Source of the DNA: Candidatus Kaiserbacteria bacterium
GTDB lineage: Bacteria; Patescibacteriota; Minisyncoccia; Phycocordibacterales; UBA2100
NCBI GenBank assembly: GCA_028286585.1
Contig: JAQBRI010000008.1
Coordinates: 18,514 to 82,513, forward strand
Reading direction: 5' to 3'
Length of the DNA: 64,000 nucleotides
In this document: positions 37,440 to 46,485 of the stretch, piece by piece
How the letters are laid out: each line of letters opens with the position of its first letter
Position numbering within the stretch: the first letter of the stretch is position 1
The notes under the pieces: generated by a model
Told to the model about the DNA's origin: nothing
The model's database searches: none
What the model saw: the letters and a program-made list of their open reading frames with translations, nothing else
Made by a program: the position numbers and the translations under genes

Positions 37440-38818
37440 AAACGACGCCATTTCAAATCATCCTTCTTTCGGTCTTTGGGGCAAGCGCCATAGTTGGCGT
37501 TCTTGTCTTTGCGATTCTTACCAGTACTGGTACACAATCAACTATCGGGCCCGTGGTTATTTGGGGCACGTTTGATAGTAAAAGTATTACCCAAATTATC
37601 CAAGATTCTTCGAACGGAGACGCAAACCTTGCATTGGTCACCTATGTGCAAAAAGATCCGGCAACTTATGAAGCAGATCTAACCCGCGCGCTTGCAAGCG
37701 GCACCGGCCCGGATCTCTTTATTATGAGTCAGGATCAAGCTATACAAGATGCGAGTGAGGTGTCGCTTATACCGTATGCCGAAATAAGTCAGTCTCAATA
37801 TCAAAAACTATTTATAAGTGCAACTTCACCATTTTTGCTGCAAGACGGCATTGTTGCACTCCCATTCATTGCAGATCCAATGGTGTTATTTTGGAATAAA
37901 GATTTGCTGGGAACTGCAGGTTTGACCGAGCCACCCGAATATTGGTCACAACTGTTTACTACTCCGATGCAATCGCTTACAGTCAAAGATGATGCCGGCT
38001 CGATTACACAAAGCCTGATTGCCTTGGGCGAGTATGGCAACATCGATCATGCCAAAGATATTGTGGCGACACTTATCATGCAGGTCGGTGGCGCTATTAC
38101 CACTCGTGATCCAGCGACTGGTGATTTGACTGGTTCATTGGGTAAAGCAGACTCCTCGGGTTCTCTGCAGGGCACTCCGGCCGAGTCGGCGTTGCGTTTT
38201 TATACTGAATTTGCAGACCCTTCAAAAGATTACTATTCGTGGAACCGTGCGCAGCAGCTTGCATCGATGGCGTTTGCTCAAGGTAATTCAGCGCTCTATC
38301 TGGGCTATGCGAGTGAGCAATCAGTTATCGAAAAACTCAATCCAAATTTAAAATTTGCCATTTCCCGCATTCCACAAAGTGGTACGACCCAAGGTCCTGT
38401 TACCACTGCACGCATCTATGCAATAGCTATCGCAAGAAATTCCCGTAACTTGGTTGGTGCAAAGACGATTGCATATACCTTGGTTTCGGCTCCCTTTTCA
38501 AACGCAATAGCAAATAGTTATGGCATGGTATCACCGCGCCGAGATGTGCTTACGCCAGGCGCCATAAAGGCTGCGCCTACCAGCGTTGATGCCAAGGTTA
38601 ACGCAGCGCGCGCACTCGCGTTTGCAAGCTCGACCCCTGATCAGGATGTAATTACACAGTCAGCAATTATTGCACAGGGGTGGAGCGACCCCGATCCAGT
38701 CAAGACGGATGATATATTTCGCGCTATGATAGAAGACACGACCAGTGGCGCCATGCTGTTTACAGAGGCTATCGGTCGTGCCAATTCCCAATTACTTGCT
38801 ATTATTGCTGGAAACTAA
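37436..38818 (+). CDS. Membrane-anchored extracellular solute-binding protein (sugar SBP family 1-like)
   Basis: N-terminal TM; IWG, ASGTGPDLF, LFWNKDLL and FAQG motifs. Confidence 0.82.
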   Translation: MKTTPFQIILLSVFGASAIVGVLVFAILTSTGTQSTIGPVVIWGTFDSKSITQIIQDSSNGDANLALVTYVQKDPATYEADLTRALASGTGPDLFIMSQDQAIQDASEVSLIPYAEISQSQYQKLFISATSPFLLQDGIVALPFIADPMVLFWNKDLLGTAGLTEPPEYWSQLFTTPMQSLTVKDDAGSITQSLIALGEYGNIDHAKDIVATLIMQVGGAITTRDPATGDLTGSLGKADSSGSLQGTPAESALRFYTEFADPSKDYYSWNRAQQLASMAFAQGNSALYLGYASEQSVIEKLNPNLKFAISRIPQSGTTQGPVTTARIYAIAIARNSRNLVGAKTIAYTLVSAPFSNAIANSYGMVSPRRDVLTPGAIKAAPTSVDAKVNAARALAFASSTPDQDVITQSAIIAQGWSDPDPVKTDDIFRAMIEDTTSGAMLFTEAIGRANSQLLAIIAGN

Positions 38819-38826
38819 CACTAACT

Positions 38827-39195
38827 ATGATGACATACCTTAGACCGATGCGAGTAATTCTGTACTATGTTCCTGTACTCATTTTGTTTTTTATTGCAGC
38901 ACACGGCGTGCATGCAGAAACGACAGCCGGTAATCTTACCAATCCAATCAAGGTCACTTCTGTTTCCGATTTTCTTAAATCAATTTTTACTGTCATCACA
39001 CGGCTTGGTGTCATTGTAATAAGTGTTGCTATTGTATTTGTTGGATTTAAATTTATCGTGGCGCAGGGTAATCCAGAGGCACTCAAATCTGCTCGACGAA
39101 ACGCACTCTATGTATTCATTGGTGCGGCGATTGTCTTGGGTGCCGAGGTTATAACCGCAGTTCTGAGTGACACTGCCAATAAACTTTTGAGTTAA
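38827..39195 (+). CDS. TrbC/VirB2-type pilin-like protein
   Basis: Signal peptide plus GFKFIVAQGNPEALKSAR hairpin. Confidence 0.78.
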   Translation: MMTYLRPMRVILYYVPVLILFFIAAHGVHAETTAGNLTNPIKVTSVSDFLKSIFTVITRLGVIVISVAIVFVGFKFIVAQGNPEALKSARRNALYVFIGAAIVLGAEVITAVLSDTANKLLS

Positions 39196-39197
39196 AT

Positions 39198-39572
39198 ATG
39201 TACAACGCTGTTCAATCAATGATACAGATGCTGGTTCCACATATGGCATATGCTCAAAACGTGAGCGGCGGCGCTGCAACCACGTTTGCTTCACTTGCAA
39301 AAACAGTTGTCGGCCTTTTGAATACTGGTAGCGTTTTGCTAATTAGCGCCGTCTTGGTTTTGTATATGCTTGGCGGATTTATGCAGGTGTACGGAATTAG
39401 CCAAGGCAAGGTAAAAGGTTCAAGTATGACAAGCTATTTTGCATGGGGCATCGGTATACTTTTTGTAATGGTATCCATTTGGGGAATCGTACAATTCTTT
39501 CAATATACGCTTTTCAATGGCCCGTCTCCCAACTCATCCGACGGCGTAACGCCATATAGTCGCTCACTATGA
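39198..39572 (+). CDS. Pilin-like membrane protein
   Basis: AYAQ cleavage-like site; WGIGILFVMVSIWGIV. Confidence 0.7.
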   Translation: MYNAVQSMIQMLVPHMAYAQNVSGGAATTFASLAKTVVGLLNTGSVLLISAVLVLYMLGGFMQVYGISQGKVKGSSMTSYFAWGIGILFVMVSIWGIVQFFQYTLFNGPSPNSSDGVTPYSRSL

Positions 39573-39853
39573 ACAAGAGGCAGATTATCGGTCTGGTTGG
39601 ACTCACATTTCTTCCCTCGATCGCGCTTGCACAAACGGTCGCAGTATTTGCAGGGCTCGTAAATATTTGTATCGGAGTATTTTTTACCATATCGTTTGTA
39701 ATGTTTACAGGCGGAACTTTGGAATACTTGTTCCATCTGGGTATGCCTCACCGCGAACATGGTCTCGAAAAGATGCACTGGGGAGTTGTCATACTGGTTG
39801 TGGTACTTTTTTTGGTAGGAATTTCGCGTTTTTTGCAGCATTTTTTTGTCTAA
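39569..39853 (+). CDS. Pilin-like membrane protein
   Basis: ALAQ signal, two TM, MHWGV. Confidence 0.62.
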   Translation: MNKRQIIGLVGLTFLPSIALAQTVAVFAGLVNICIGVFFTISFVMFTGGTLEYLFHLGMPHREHGLEKMHWGVVILVVVLFLVGISRFLQHFFV

Positions 39854-39939
39854 GATGTTGTCCACAGGCGTCAAATCTGCCTCTTGCAGAAGGGTAGACC
39901 CGGTATACAATGATGGGACTTACTATTAAATAGACATCT

Positions 39940-40320
39940 ATGCGCAGATACATCAGTTCAGTTGCTTTAAGTTCCGCAGTCGTTTTACTTCCTCTTGTCA
40001 CTTTTGCTCAAAACGTTACAGCAGCAAATCCTCAACAAGGTTTGTTTGGATTGGTAGGATTTTTTAACAGTCTTTTGAATGCGATAATCGTACTTCTTAT
40101 TACCGCAGCCGTTGTAGCCATCTTTTACTGGGGTGTTCGCTTGCTCATGGCAAGTGGTGATGCAGAAAGTCGAAAAGCAGCTCTTGAAGGCATGATGTAC
40201 GGTGTTATAGCACTTGCAGTAATGGTTTCTATTTGGGGATTGGTCAAATTCTTGCAATCGACACTCGGAATCAGTAATAGTACTGCAGCACAGGCACCTT
40301 CGGTCCTCAACATTAAATAG
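39940..40320 (+). CDS. Pilin-like membrane protein
   Basis: TFAQ signal; MMYGVIALAVMVSIWGLV. Confidence 0.75.
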   Translation: MRRYISSVALSSAVVLLPLVTFAQNVTAANPQQGLFGLVGFFNSLLNAIIVLLITAAVVAIFYWGVRLLMASGDAESRKAALEGMMYGVIALAVMVSIWGLVKFLQSTLGISNSTAAQAPSVLNIK

Positions 40321-40339
40321 ACAGGTACACTCTTGAGCT

Positions 40340-40624
40340 ATGGACGTTATAGACACATTGCTCTACAAAATATCCACCATTATTATCTATCCGATAATGG
40401 TGGTTGTTTTTGCGGCAGGATTTTTTATGTTTATGTTTGGATTATTTAAGTTTATGCTCAATCTGAGTCAGGGAAGCAAATCAGCTGACGATGGCAAGCA
40501 GCATATGCTGTGGGGTACCGTTGGTATGGTTATTATGGTTTCGGGATATGGCATTGTTCAGCTTATAGACAATACCGTGCATTCAACAGGTACCGGTGTA
40601 TCACAGAGTATCAATAATCCTTAG
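40340..40624 (+). CDS. Pilin-like membrane protein
   Basis: GKQHMLWGTVGMVIMVSGYGIV. Confidence 0.7.
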   Translation: MDVIDTLLYKISTIIIYPIMVVVFAAGFFMFMFGLFKFMLNLSQGSKSADDGKQHMLWGTVGMVIMVSGYGIVQLIDNTVHSTGTGVSQSINNP

Positions 40625-40797
40625 TGTGCTGGAAGAGAGACTTGGTCACGAATATTTTTTGTGCCGTCGCACAAAAAATTTCTCGACCCCAGCTCGCGGT
40701 CTCGTCTGCTGACTCGACATCGCTCCGCTTTTCAAGCCTCTCGCGTACCGTGCCCGAGCACGGTACTTTCCTGCCCAGTACTCACTTCGTTCGTCTG
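40625..40797 (-). repeat. tRNA-linked element (copy A) ending in a 20-bp duplicate of the tRNA-Leu 3' end
   Basis: 43-bp core at 40691-40733; TGTGCTGGAAGAGAGACTTG at 40625-40644 equals 40796-40815. Confidence 0.88.
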
Positions 40798-40879
40798 TGC
40801 TGGAAGAGAGACTTGAACTCTCATGGGTTGCCCCACATGCTCCTAAGGCATGCGCGTATACCAATTCCGCCATTCCAGC
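40798..40879 (-). tRNA. tRNA-Leu(TAG)
   Basis: Cloverleaf with CATGC-CTTAGGA-GCATG anticodon arm, long variable arm, GTTCAA T-loop. Confidence 0.95.
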
Positions 40880-41075
40880 ATTCACGAGTATTGTACACCA
40901 AGTATCGCACTATCAAAATTTATACACAGGCCAGTACTGGCAAATTGCCTAGGATGTGCGATATACTGTATAGGTTACTCGTTATCACAGAGATTCTATG
41001 TTATACGGCAAGCACTAAGCCACCTGAACCCCACCCGGGGTTCTTTTGGTGTGTTATAGAGGTATACTATTCTGT

Positions 41076-42278
41076 ATGACACATGGGAAACCTAGGTTAA
41101 CAGTCTGTGAAGCCTGCGGTATTTCTCCGGTTAATCACTCCAAGCAATATATAAGTAGCGGTGCAGACAGTCTGACGTCTTCGGCTCTGTATTTTACTTA
41201 TCAAGTTAAGCCGCTGCAAAAAATTCTTTCACTCAACGAATCACTCAAGCGTCTTTGTGTGAGGACAGTGTTTGCGGTTGCCATATGGTTGGGAGTTATC
41301 AAACTTGATTCAAATATACCGACGCTTGATTCCACTCGCACTAAAGTTGTTATCGACGAAGCAAAAAAGCTTGGCATATCAGTCGAGCAGATGATTTTTG
41401 ACGGACGACGTACCGACAGATTTCGCGCGCTTGTACAAGGCAAACATATTTATTTTGAAAGCTTACCAATTCCAGATGGGCGAGGAAGTCTCGCGTACTT
41501 GTGGATGGATGATAAGTATTTGCTTAAGAAGTTTTTTGTACGACATTCCATACCGGTGCCGTTTGTACAAAGTCATACCTCATTACAGGATATTAAGAAT
41601 TTTTTTGATAACCCTACCGTACCACGTACCGTGATCGTCAAACCACGTTTTGGTTCTCTCGATCGACACACAACCACACGTATTAGTACCCAAAATGAAC
41701 TTGAGAGGGCATTTGTAAGTGCACAGCTCATATGTCCGCAAGTGTGTATAGAAGAGCATCTTGAAGGCGGTGTTAGTCGCGCGACGTGCATAGACGGAAA
41801 GCTTGAAGGATTTTTTACTGCAGATGCTCCGTATGTCATGGGTGATGGAATACGTTCGATCGAAGAGTTGATCAGAGAGATAAATATTTCAAAACCAGAT
41901 CGTCTTGGAGACGTTATTGTTTCTTCAGAAATTATTGGATACCTTTCGCGCACAAACTTTACTATTAATTCTGTTCCCAAAGCAGGACAACGTGTTCAGT
42001 TGTCGCACTATGCAGGCAGACAATTTGGGGGCTATACGCGGGAAATATTGCCAACAGTACATCCTGACCTTCGTGCACAGATAGAGCGTGCTGCATGCGT
42101 TTTGGGGGTATCAGTAGTGGGATTTGATCTCATTATTCCTGATCCAGAACAGGATCCAGCACAGCAAAAATGGGGAATAATAGAAGCAAATAGTTTGCCG
42201 TTTATTGATTTGCATTACTATGCGCTCGTAGGTCATTCAAACCCCGCAAAGGCGTTGTGGGAGTTGTGGTTGAGATAG
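41076..42278 (+). CDS. Stand-alone ATP-grasp ligase, cyanophycin synthetase/GshF-like
   Basis: VIVKPRFGS, IEEHLEG, VMGDG..SIEELI, GFDLI and IIEANSLP motifs. Confidence 0.8.
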   Translation: MTHGKPRLTVCEACGISPVNHSKQYISSGADSLTSSALYFTYQVKPLQKILSLNESLKRLCVRTVFAVAIWLGVIKLDSNIPTLDSTRTKVVIDEAKKLGISVEQMIFDGRRTDRFRALVQGKHIYFESLPIPDGRGSLAYLWMDDKYLLKKFFVRHSIPVPFVQSHTSLQDIKNFFDNPTVPRTVIVKPRFGSLDRHTTTRISTQNELERAFVSAQLICPQVCIEEHLEGGVSRATCIDGKLEGFFTADAPYVMGDGIRSIEELIREINISKPDRLGDVIVSSEIIGYLSRTNFTINSVPKAGQRVQLSHYAGRQFGGYTREILPTVHPDLRAQIERAACVLGVSVVGFDLIIPDPEQDPAQQKWGIIEANSLPFIDLHYYALVGHSNPAKALWELWLR

Positions 42279-42286
42279 GGGGTGTA

Positions 42287-42481
42287 CGGTTGGATTCGCC
42301 CGGAATAATTTTTCTTGTTTGTCGTCACGAATCACTCCACTAAAATTCTTCGCACCCGCTCGAATTGTAGATAAGTGTTCGCGACCCCACCTCGCGGTTT
42401 TGCCTCAAGAAGATCGACAAAACATCGCTCCGGTTCGGACAAACTAAAAACCTGCAGTAGTGCAGGTTTTCTTAACGTTTG
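42287..42481 (-). repeat. tRNA-linked element (divergent copy D)
   Basis: CGGTTGGATTCG 42287-42298 duplicates 42488-42499; core variant CGGAGCGATGT..ACCGCGAGGTGGGGTCG on the minus strand. Confidence 0.7.
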
Positions 42482-42554
42482 TCCGCCCGGTTGGATTCGA
42501 ACCAACGACCGTTCGCTTAAGAGGCGACTGCTCTACCAACTGAGCTACGGGCGG
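42482..42554 (-). tRNA. tRNA-Lys(CTT)
   Basis: CCGCCCG acceptor stem, TAGCTCAGTTGGTAGAGC, CTCTTAA loop, GGTTCGAATCC. Confidence 0.94.
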
Positions 42555-42587
42555 GATGCTGCGTATTGTACACGAAATATGGCATTT

Positions 42588-44123
42588 TCAAATAGAAAAC
42601 AGGCCAAGGGTATTGTGTTTATATTTCCATATCGAAAGGGTTGTATACATTTTTTGAAATAGTGAAAGGGAGGCCGTGTCTCGATACACGTTTACGAGAA
42701 TCATGCCGGAGTCATTAAGGTTTTTCTTGAGAGATATCACAAAATCCTCTTTATTTAAAAGAGGTGATGCTCCTGTATCCGTAAAAATATCGACGACGAT
42801 TAAGTCATACGTTTCTTGTAGTTTTGCCATTATCTCGGCAGCGTCGCCTTCGATGATCGTGGGCTCCTTATATGGCTTAAACATTTGCATAGTCCGAGTA
42901 AGCGCAATCATGGCAGGATCAATTTCTATTGCGGTAATTGTGCATTCTGGCAGTTGTTTATAAAACTCAATCACAGCGCCTCCGGTGCCCAGGCCAAGCA
43001 TTAATACTTTTGCCTGCGTTCTCGGAATACGACCATACTTTTTGATGTGTTTGAGTGCTTTTTTCCACATTGTATTGATATATTGCGAAGTCTGATACAC
43101 GTCTCCGGTTCGCACACGCACATCGCTTCCTACCCGATCTACATAAATAGTAGAATGAACCGAGGATGCAATTGCCCGTTCGGGCGAATGGTAATCCTTG
43201 TTCAGTGGATTGTTCATGTACAAATACTGAACAAAATCCTCAATGCGCTTAATAACTCCAACAGCGGCAAAATGGTACGCAATAGGAGAGGAAATAAAAT
43301 AGTGAGTACCAAATTTGGATTTGAATTCCGAAAATCCTTTCCATGACGCAGGGTCACCCTTTTTCCAAAAGACGCCAAAATCAATATACCTGCATCCTCG
43401 TGCCTGTGAGTGCATAAACCAATAATCAAACATGCCAACCATTAGTGGGACTTTTGATGACTCTGTCGCATAAAAGCCGTTCAAATAATACGTCGATTTG
43501 CACGACTCCGAATACTCGACAGCCATACCCGCAACATATATATTTGTCGACACATCACGAATACCCCATAGATATACAGGCGTAGTTGCTGCCTCGAGTC
43601 GTTTGCGGACTTCTTCGAGTAAAAATGCTCCCACGTGCTTTCCAACATGACTCTGCATATAGGAGTGCTTAAATTGCTCGTAGTTAATAGGCTCAATAAT
43701 ATGCGTTTTGCCCAAGTGGCTGCGCAGCCACTTTGTACGATATTCCTGAGATCGGCGACTCCATGCTTTGTAATAGGGAACAGAATCTTCTATGAGCGCA
43801 TAGCCACCCTTGTAGTCGGGATCAGGCTTTAAGATAAACCAACCCTTTGGCAATGGCCGAGAAGTATCAAACATTCGCCACATAATCACTCTGTTATGCG
43901 GTTTGCCCTCCGTATTTGAGATATCCAAATCAGGCGGAGTACTGCCTGCATAAATTTCTACATAGAAAGGCCAGAAACCATATCGCGTTCCACGTGGATT
44001 CGTACCGATGTTCTCAGGATTCATCCACGATGGAATATTATTTTTTACATTATATTCGGGCCATGCACTGCGCGGAGTGAATGCCGGCATTTTTTCTGAT
44101 GGAACTTTTTCGCTATGACTCAT
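42588..44123 (-). CDS. Fusion of FemAB/GNAT-like N-terminal domain and spermidine-synthase-like SAM methyltransferase
   Basis: YIDFGVF..WKGFSEFKSKFG; VLMLGLGTGG, IEIDP, GDA and YDLIVVDIF motifs; real start ATG 44123. Confidence 0.72.
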   Translation of the reverse strand: MSHSEKVPSEKMPAFTPRSAWPEYNVKNNIPSWMNPENIGTNPRGTRYGFWPFYVEIYAGSTPPDLDISNTEGKPHNRVIMWRMFDTSRPLPKGWFILKPDPDYKGGYALIEDSVPYYKAWSRRSQEYRTKWLRSHLGKTHIIEPINYEQFKHSYMQSHVGKHVGAFLLEEVRKRLEAATTPVYLWGIRDVSTNIYVAGMAVEYSESCKSTYYLNGFYATESSKVPLMVGMFDYWFMHSQARGCRYIDFGVFWKKGDPASWKGFSEFKSKFGTHYFISSPIAYHFAAVGVIKRIEDFVQYLYMNNPLNKDYHSPERAIASSVHSTIYVDRVGSDVRVRTGDVYQTSQYINTMWKKALKHIKKYGRIPRTQAKVLMLGLGTGGAVIEFYKQLPECTITAIEIDPAMIALTRTMQMFKPYKEPTIIEGDAAEIMAKLQETYDLIVVDIFTDTGASPLLNKEDFVISLKKNLNDSGMILVNVYRDTASLSLFQKMYTTLSIWKYKHNTLGLFSI

Positions 44124-44124
44124 G

Positions 44125-44211
44125 TGCCGGGAGTGGGACTCGAACCCACACGCCCATGTTACTGTGCAAGAGATTTTAAGTCTCTGGTGTCTACCATTCC
44201 ACCATCCCGGC
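44125..44211 (-). tRNA. tRNA-Leu(TAA)
   Basis: AGAGA-CTTAAAA-TCTCT anticodon arm, long variable arm. Confidence 0.95.
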
Positions 44212-44284
44212 ATACATCTCTTTTTGGATCGAGATAGGGTACATAATACGATACTTTATGCTAAAATACACGAGCATTCATACC

Positions 44285-44356
44285 GGCCTGGTGGTGAAGA
44301 GGTAACACAGGAGTCTGCAAAACTTTTATGCGCGGGTTCGATTCCCGCCCAGGCCT
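44285..44356 (+). tRNA. tRNA-Cys(GCA)
   Basis: GGCCTGG/CCAGGCC acceptor, CTGCAAA loop, U discriminator. Confidence 0.93.
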
Positions 44357-44502
44357 CTAGACACAACATCTGCATGTTGTGGCTGCGGGAATCGAAAAGC
44401 GGAGCGATGTCGAGTCAGCAGACGAGACCGCGAGCTGGGGCTGCGACCGAGCCGAAGCGACGGCGAGGTTCGAGTTGTAGCCGATTCAATACCGCCCAGG
44501 CC
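44357..44502 (+). repeat. tRNA-linked element (copy B)
   Basis: 43-bp core at 44394-44436; inverted T-arm GCGGGAATCGAA 44385-44396; CCGCCCAGGCC repeated at 44492-44502. Confidence 0.85.
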
Positions 44503-44506
44503 CCAT

Positions 44507-44833
44507 TTACGACCTTGTCAGTTCATCGATACGTAATCGATTCTTCTCTCCTTCATCGATAAGAAAATCCACCGTAGGCGCACGTCCCATACGTGTATGC
44601 TTGTTTATATACATTCGAAATTCAGCGCGTGATCGTCGGGCAAAATGCAATACCGAATCCTCGGATTCAACCGGCAGGACCGACAAATAAATATTTGCTT
44701 TGTGCATGTCGGGAGACAGATCGGTGCGCGTGACCGTTATGAGTGAAGTGCCATTGCTTTCACGTGCAAAATATTCCGCAGCTGTCTGCGTCAAAAGTTC
44801 TGTAATCTGTGTATGTCGATTTGGGCTTTTCAT
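44507..44833 (-). CDS. rbfA: Ribosome-binding factor A
   Basis: ITVTRTDLSPD..ANIYLS and P..F..D pattern; downstream of infB. Confidence 0.88.
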   Translation of the reverse strand: MKSPNRHTQITELLTQTAAEYFARESNGTSLITVTRTDLSPDMHKANIYLSVLPVESEDSVLHFARRSRAEFRMYINKHTRMGRAPTVDFLIDEGEKNRLRIDELTRS

Positions 44834-44849
44834 AGGAATAGTAAAACTG

Positions 44850-46370
44850 TTACTGGCGGGTAGTTACAATATATTCTATCGTGTCTCCCTGCATGATTTC
44901 AAAATTTGCCTCGATATGCGCACCGCACTCGCGATCTGCATCGATTCTATCGACGTTTTGCTTGTTGGCCTGAATATTAATAATGACGCCATTTCCAAGA
45001 ACATCTGCTCGGCGCGATACACGTACTGTACCGTTTTTTACCAACTGTCCCTCAAGAACCTTGATACCAAGCACATGATCAAGTTTATGACTGCTGAATT
45101 GCATCAATACCTTTGCCCGGCCCAGTACCTCTATAACATCTTCTTTTGGCTTTGCCTTTTTCAGCCGTTCAGTCAAAGTCTCGGTCAGTTTGTAAATAAT
45201 ATTATAAAATTCGACTTCGACACCGCGCTCTCGGGCGATGGCTTCTGCTACCGTGTCGATGCCAACATTAAATCCTACAACAAGCGCCGGAGCTGTGCCC
45301 GCAAGCGCTGCACGAATATCATTTTCACTAATGGTACCGATGCCAGATTGTACAACGGTCACACCGTGCTTCTCGTCGCCAAGTTTGTGAATCTCTTGAA
45401 CCAGAGCTTCGAGTGAGCCAGTTGCATCGGCTCGCAAAATAATAGGAAGTGTAAAAAACCCATCTTCTTGATGCGCAGCTTGCGTTTGACTCGCATGATT
45501 TTCTTGAACGTAGATTTCGCGCGCCTTTTCAGCTTCGCGCTTGTTCGCATATGATGTAAATATCTCGCCAACTGCAGGCAACTCATCAAAACCAACCAAA
45601 ACAACCGGCGAAGAAAACGAAGCTTGCTTAAGTGTCGTACCCGTATGGCTTTCCATCAAGCGAACCGGTGCAATAGCAGAGCCCGCAACCACACTCATGC
45701 CGGTTTCTATCGTTCCATCAGTAATGATAAGTGTCGCAGCGATACCCCGCTTTTGATCACGATGTGCTTCGATTACAAATCCGCTTCCTGGAAGTGATAA
45801 TGTACCTTTGTAGTCTGCTATTTCAGAAACAATGAGAATAAGGTCCAGGAGTTCAGGAATACCAGTTCCTTTTTTTGCAGAAATTGCTACCCATGGCACG
45901 TCGCCTCCAAGCGTTTCAAGATAGACACCTTGTTCTGCAAGACTGTTTTGTGTGCGTGCGATATCAGCGTTTGGCTTGTCCGTTTTATTAATGGCAACAA
46001 TAAAAGGAATGTTACTTGAGCGAATTGCAGAAAGTGCCTCAAGCGTTTGAGCTTTGACACCGTCGTCTGCTGCCACAACCAAGATTGCAATATCGGCAAT
46101 GTTTGCACCGCGCGCGCGAATTGCCCCAAAAGCCGCGTGACCTGGTGTATCAATAAACGTTATACGCTTATCGATACCTTCGTACTTGTGTACGACTTCA
46201 TATGCTGCAACGTGTTGCGTTATGCCGCCAAATTCCTTGTCGACCGTATTTGCATGACGAATATAGTCAAGAAGAGTCGACTTACCGTGATCGACATGAC
46301 CCATTACCACCACGATAGGAGGTCGAACGCCACTCGTTATATTGTTTTGTGTTTGTTTGCTGGTTGTCAT
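44850..46370 (-). CDS. infB: Translation initiation factor IF-2 (short, lacks N-terminal domains)
   Basis: RPPIVVVMGHVDHGKST, GGITQH, DTPGH and NKTD motifs. Confidence 0.96.
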   Translation of the reverse strand: MTTSKQTQNNITSGVRPPIVVVMGHVDHGKSTLLDYIRHANTVDKEFGGITQHVAAYEVVHKYEGIDKRITFIDTPGHAAFGAIRARGANIADIAILVVAADDGVKAQTLEALSAIRSSNIPFIVAINKTDKPNADIARTQNSLAEQGVYLETLGGDVPWVAISAKKGTGIPELLDLILIVSEIADYKGTLSLPGSGFVIEAHRDQKRGIAATLIITDGTIETGMSVVAGSAIAPVRLMESHTGTTLKQASFSSPVVLVGFDELPAVGEIFTSYANKREAEKAREIYVQENHASQTQAAHQEDGFFTLPIILRADATGSLEALVQEIHKLGDEKHGVTVVQSGIGTISENDIRAALAGTAPALVVGFNVGIDTVAEAIARERGVEVEFYNIIYKLTETLTERLKKAKPKEDVIEVLGRAKVLMQFSSHKLDHVLGIKVLEGQLVKNGTVRVSRRADVLGNGVIINIQANKQNVDRIDADRECGAHIEANFEIMQGDTIEYIVTTRQ

Positions 46371-46485
46371 ACGAGTGTTTGGAATTTGTAGTAGCGAGGG
46401 TAACAGTGGTCATAAAGGGTTGCGCAAAAGCCTCCGAATTGATGGGGGGAGTATACAACAAAAATCTATACCGTACAATGGGGCG

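Noticed and set aside
40625-40815. tRNA 3'-end duplication as attL/attR of a prophage or genomic island
   Set aside because: Only 171 bp apart with no integrase or cargo; better explained as part of the tRNA-linked element family
40624-41079. ORFs 40624..41079, 40646..40885, 42375..42662, 44122..44562, 51339..51629, 51933..52262 and 58552..58905
   Set aside because: They overlap tRNA genes, rpmG or the repeat elements; shared peptides such as KSGAMSSQQTRPRAG come from the non-coding core
44124-44213. N-terminal 30 aa of the 541-aa ORF in the track
   Set aside because: It is the translation of tRNA-Leu(TAA); the start was moved to 44123
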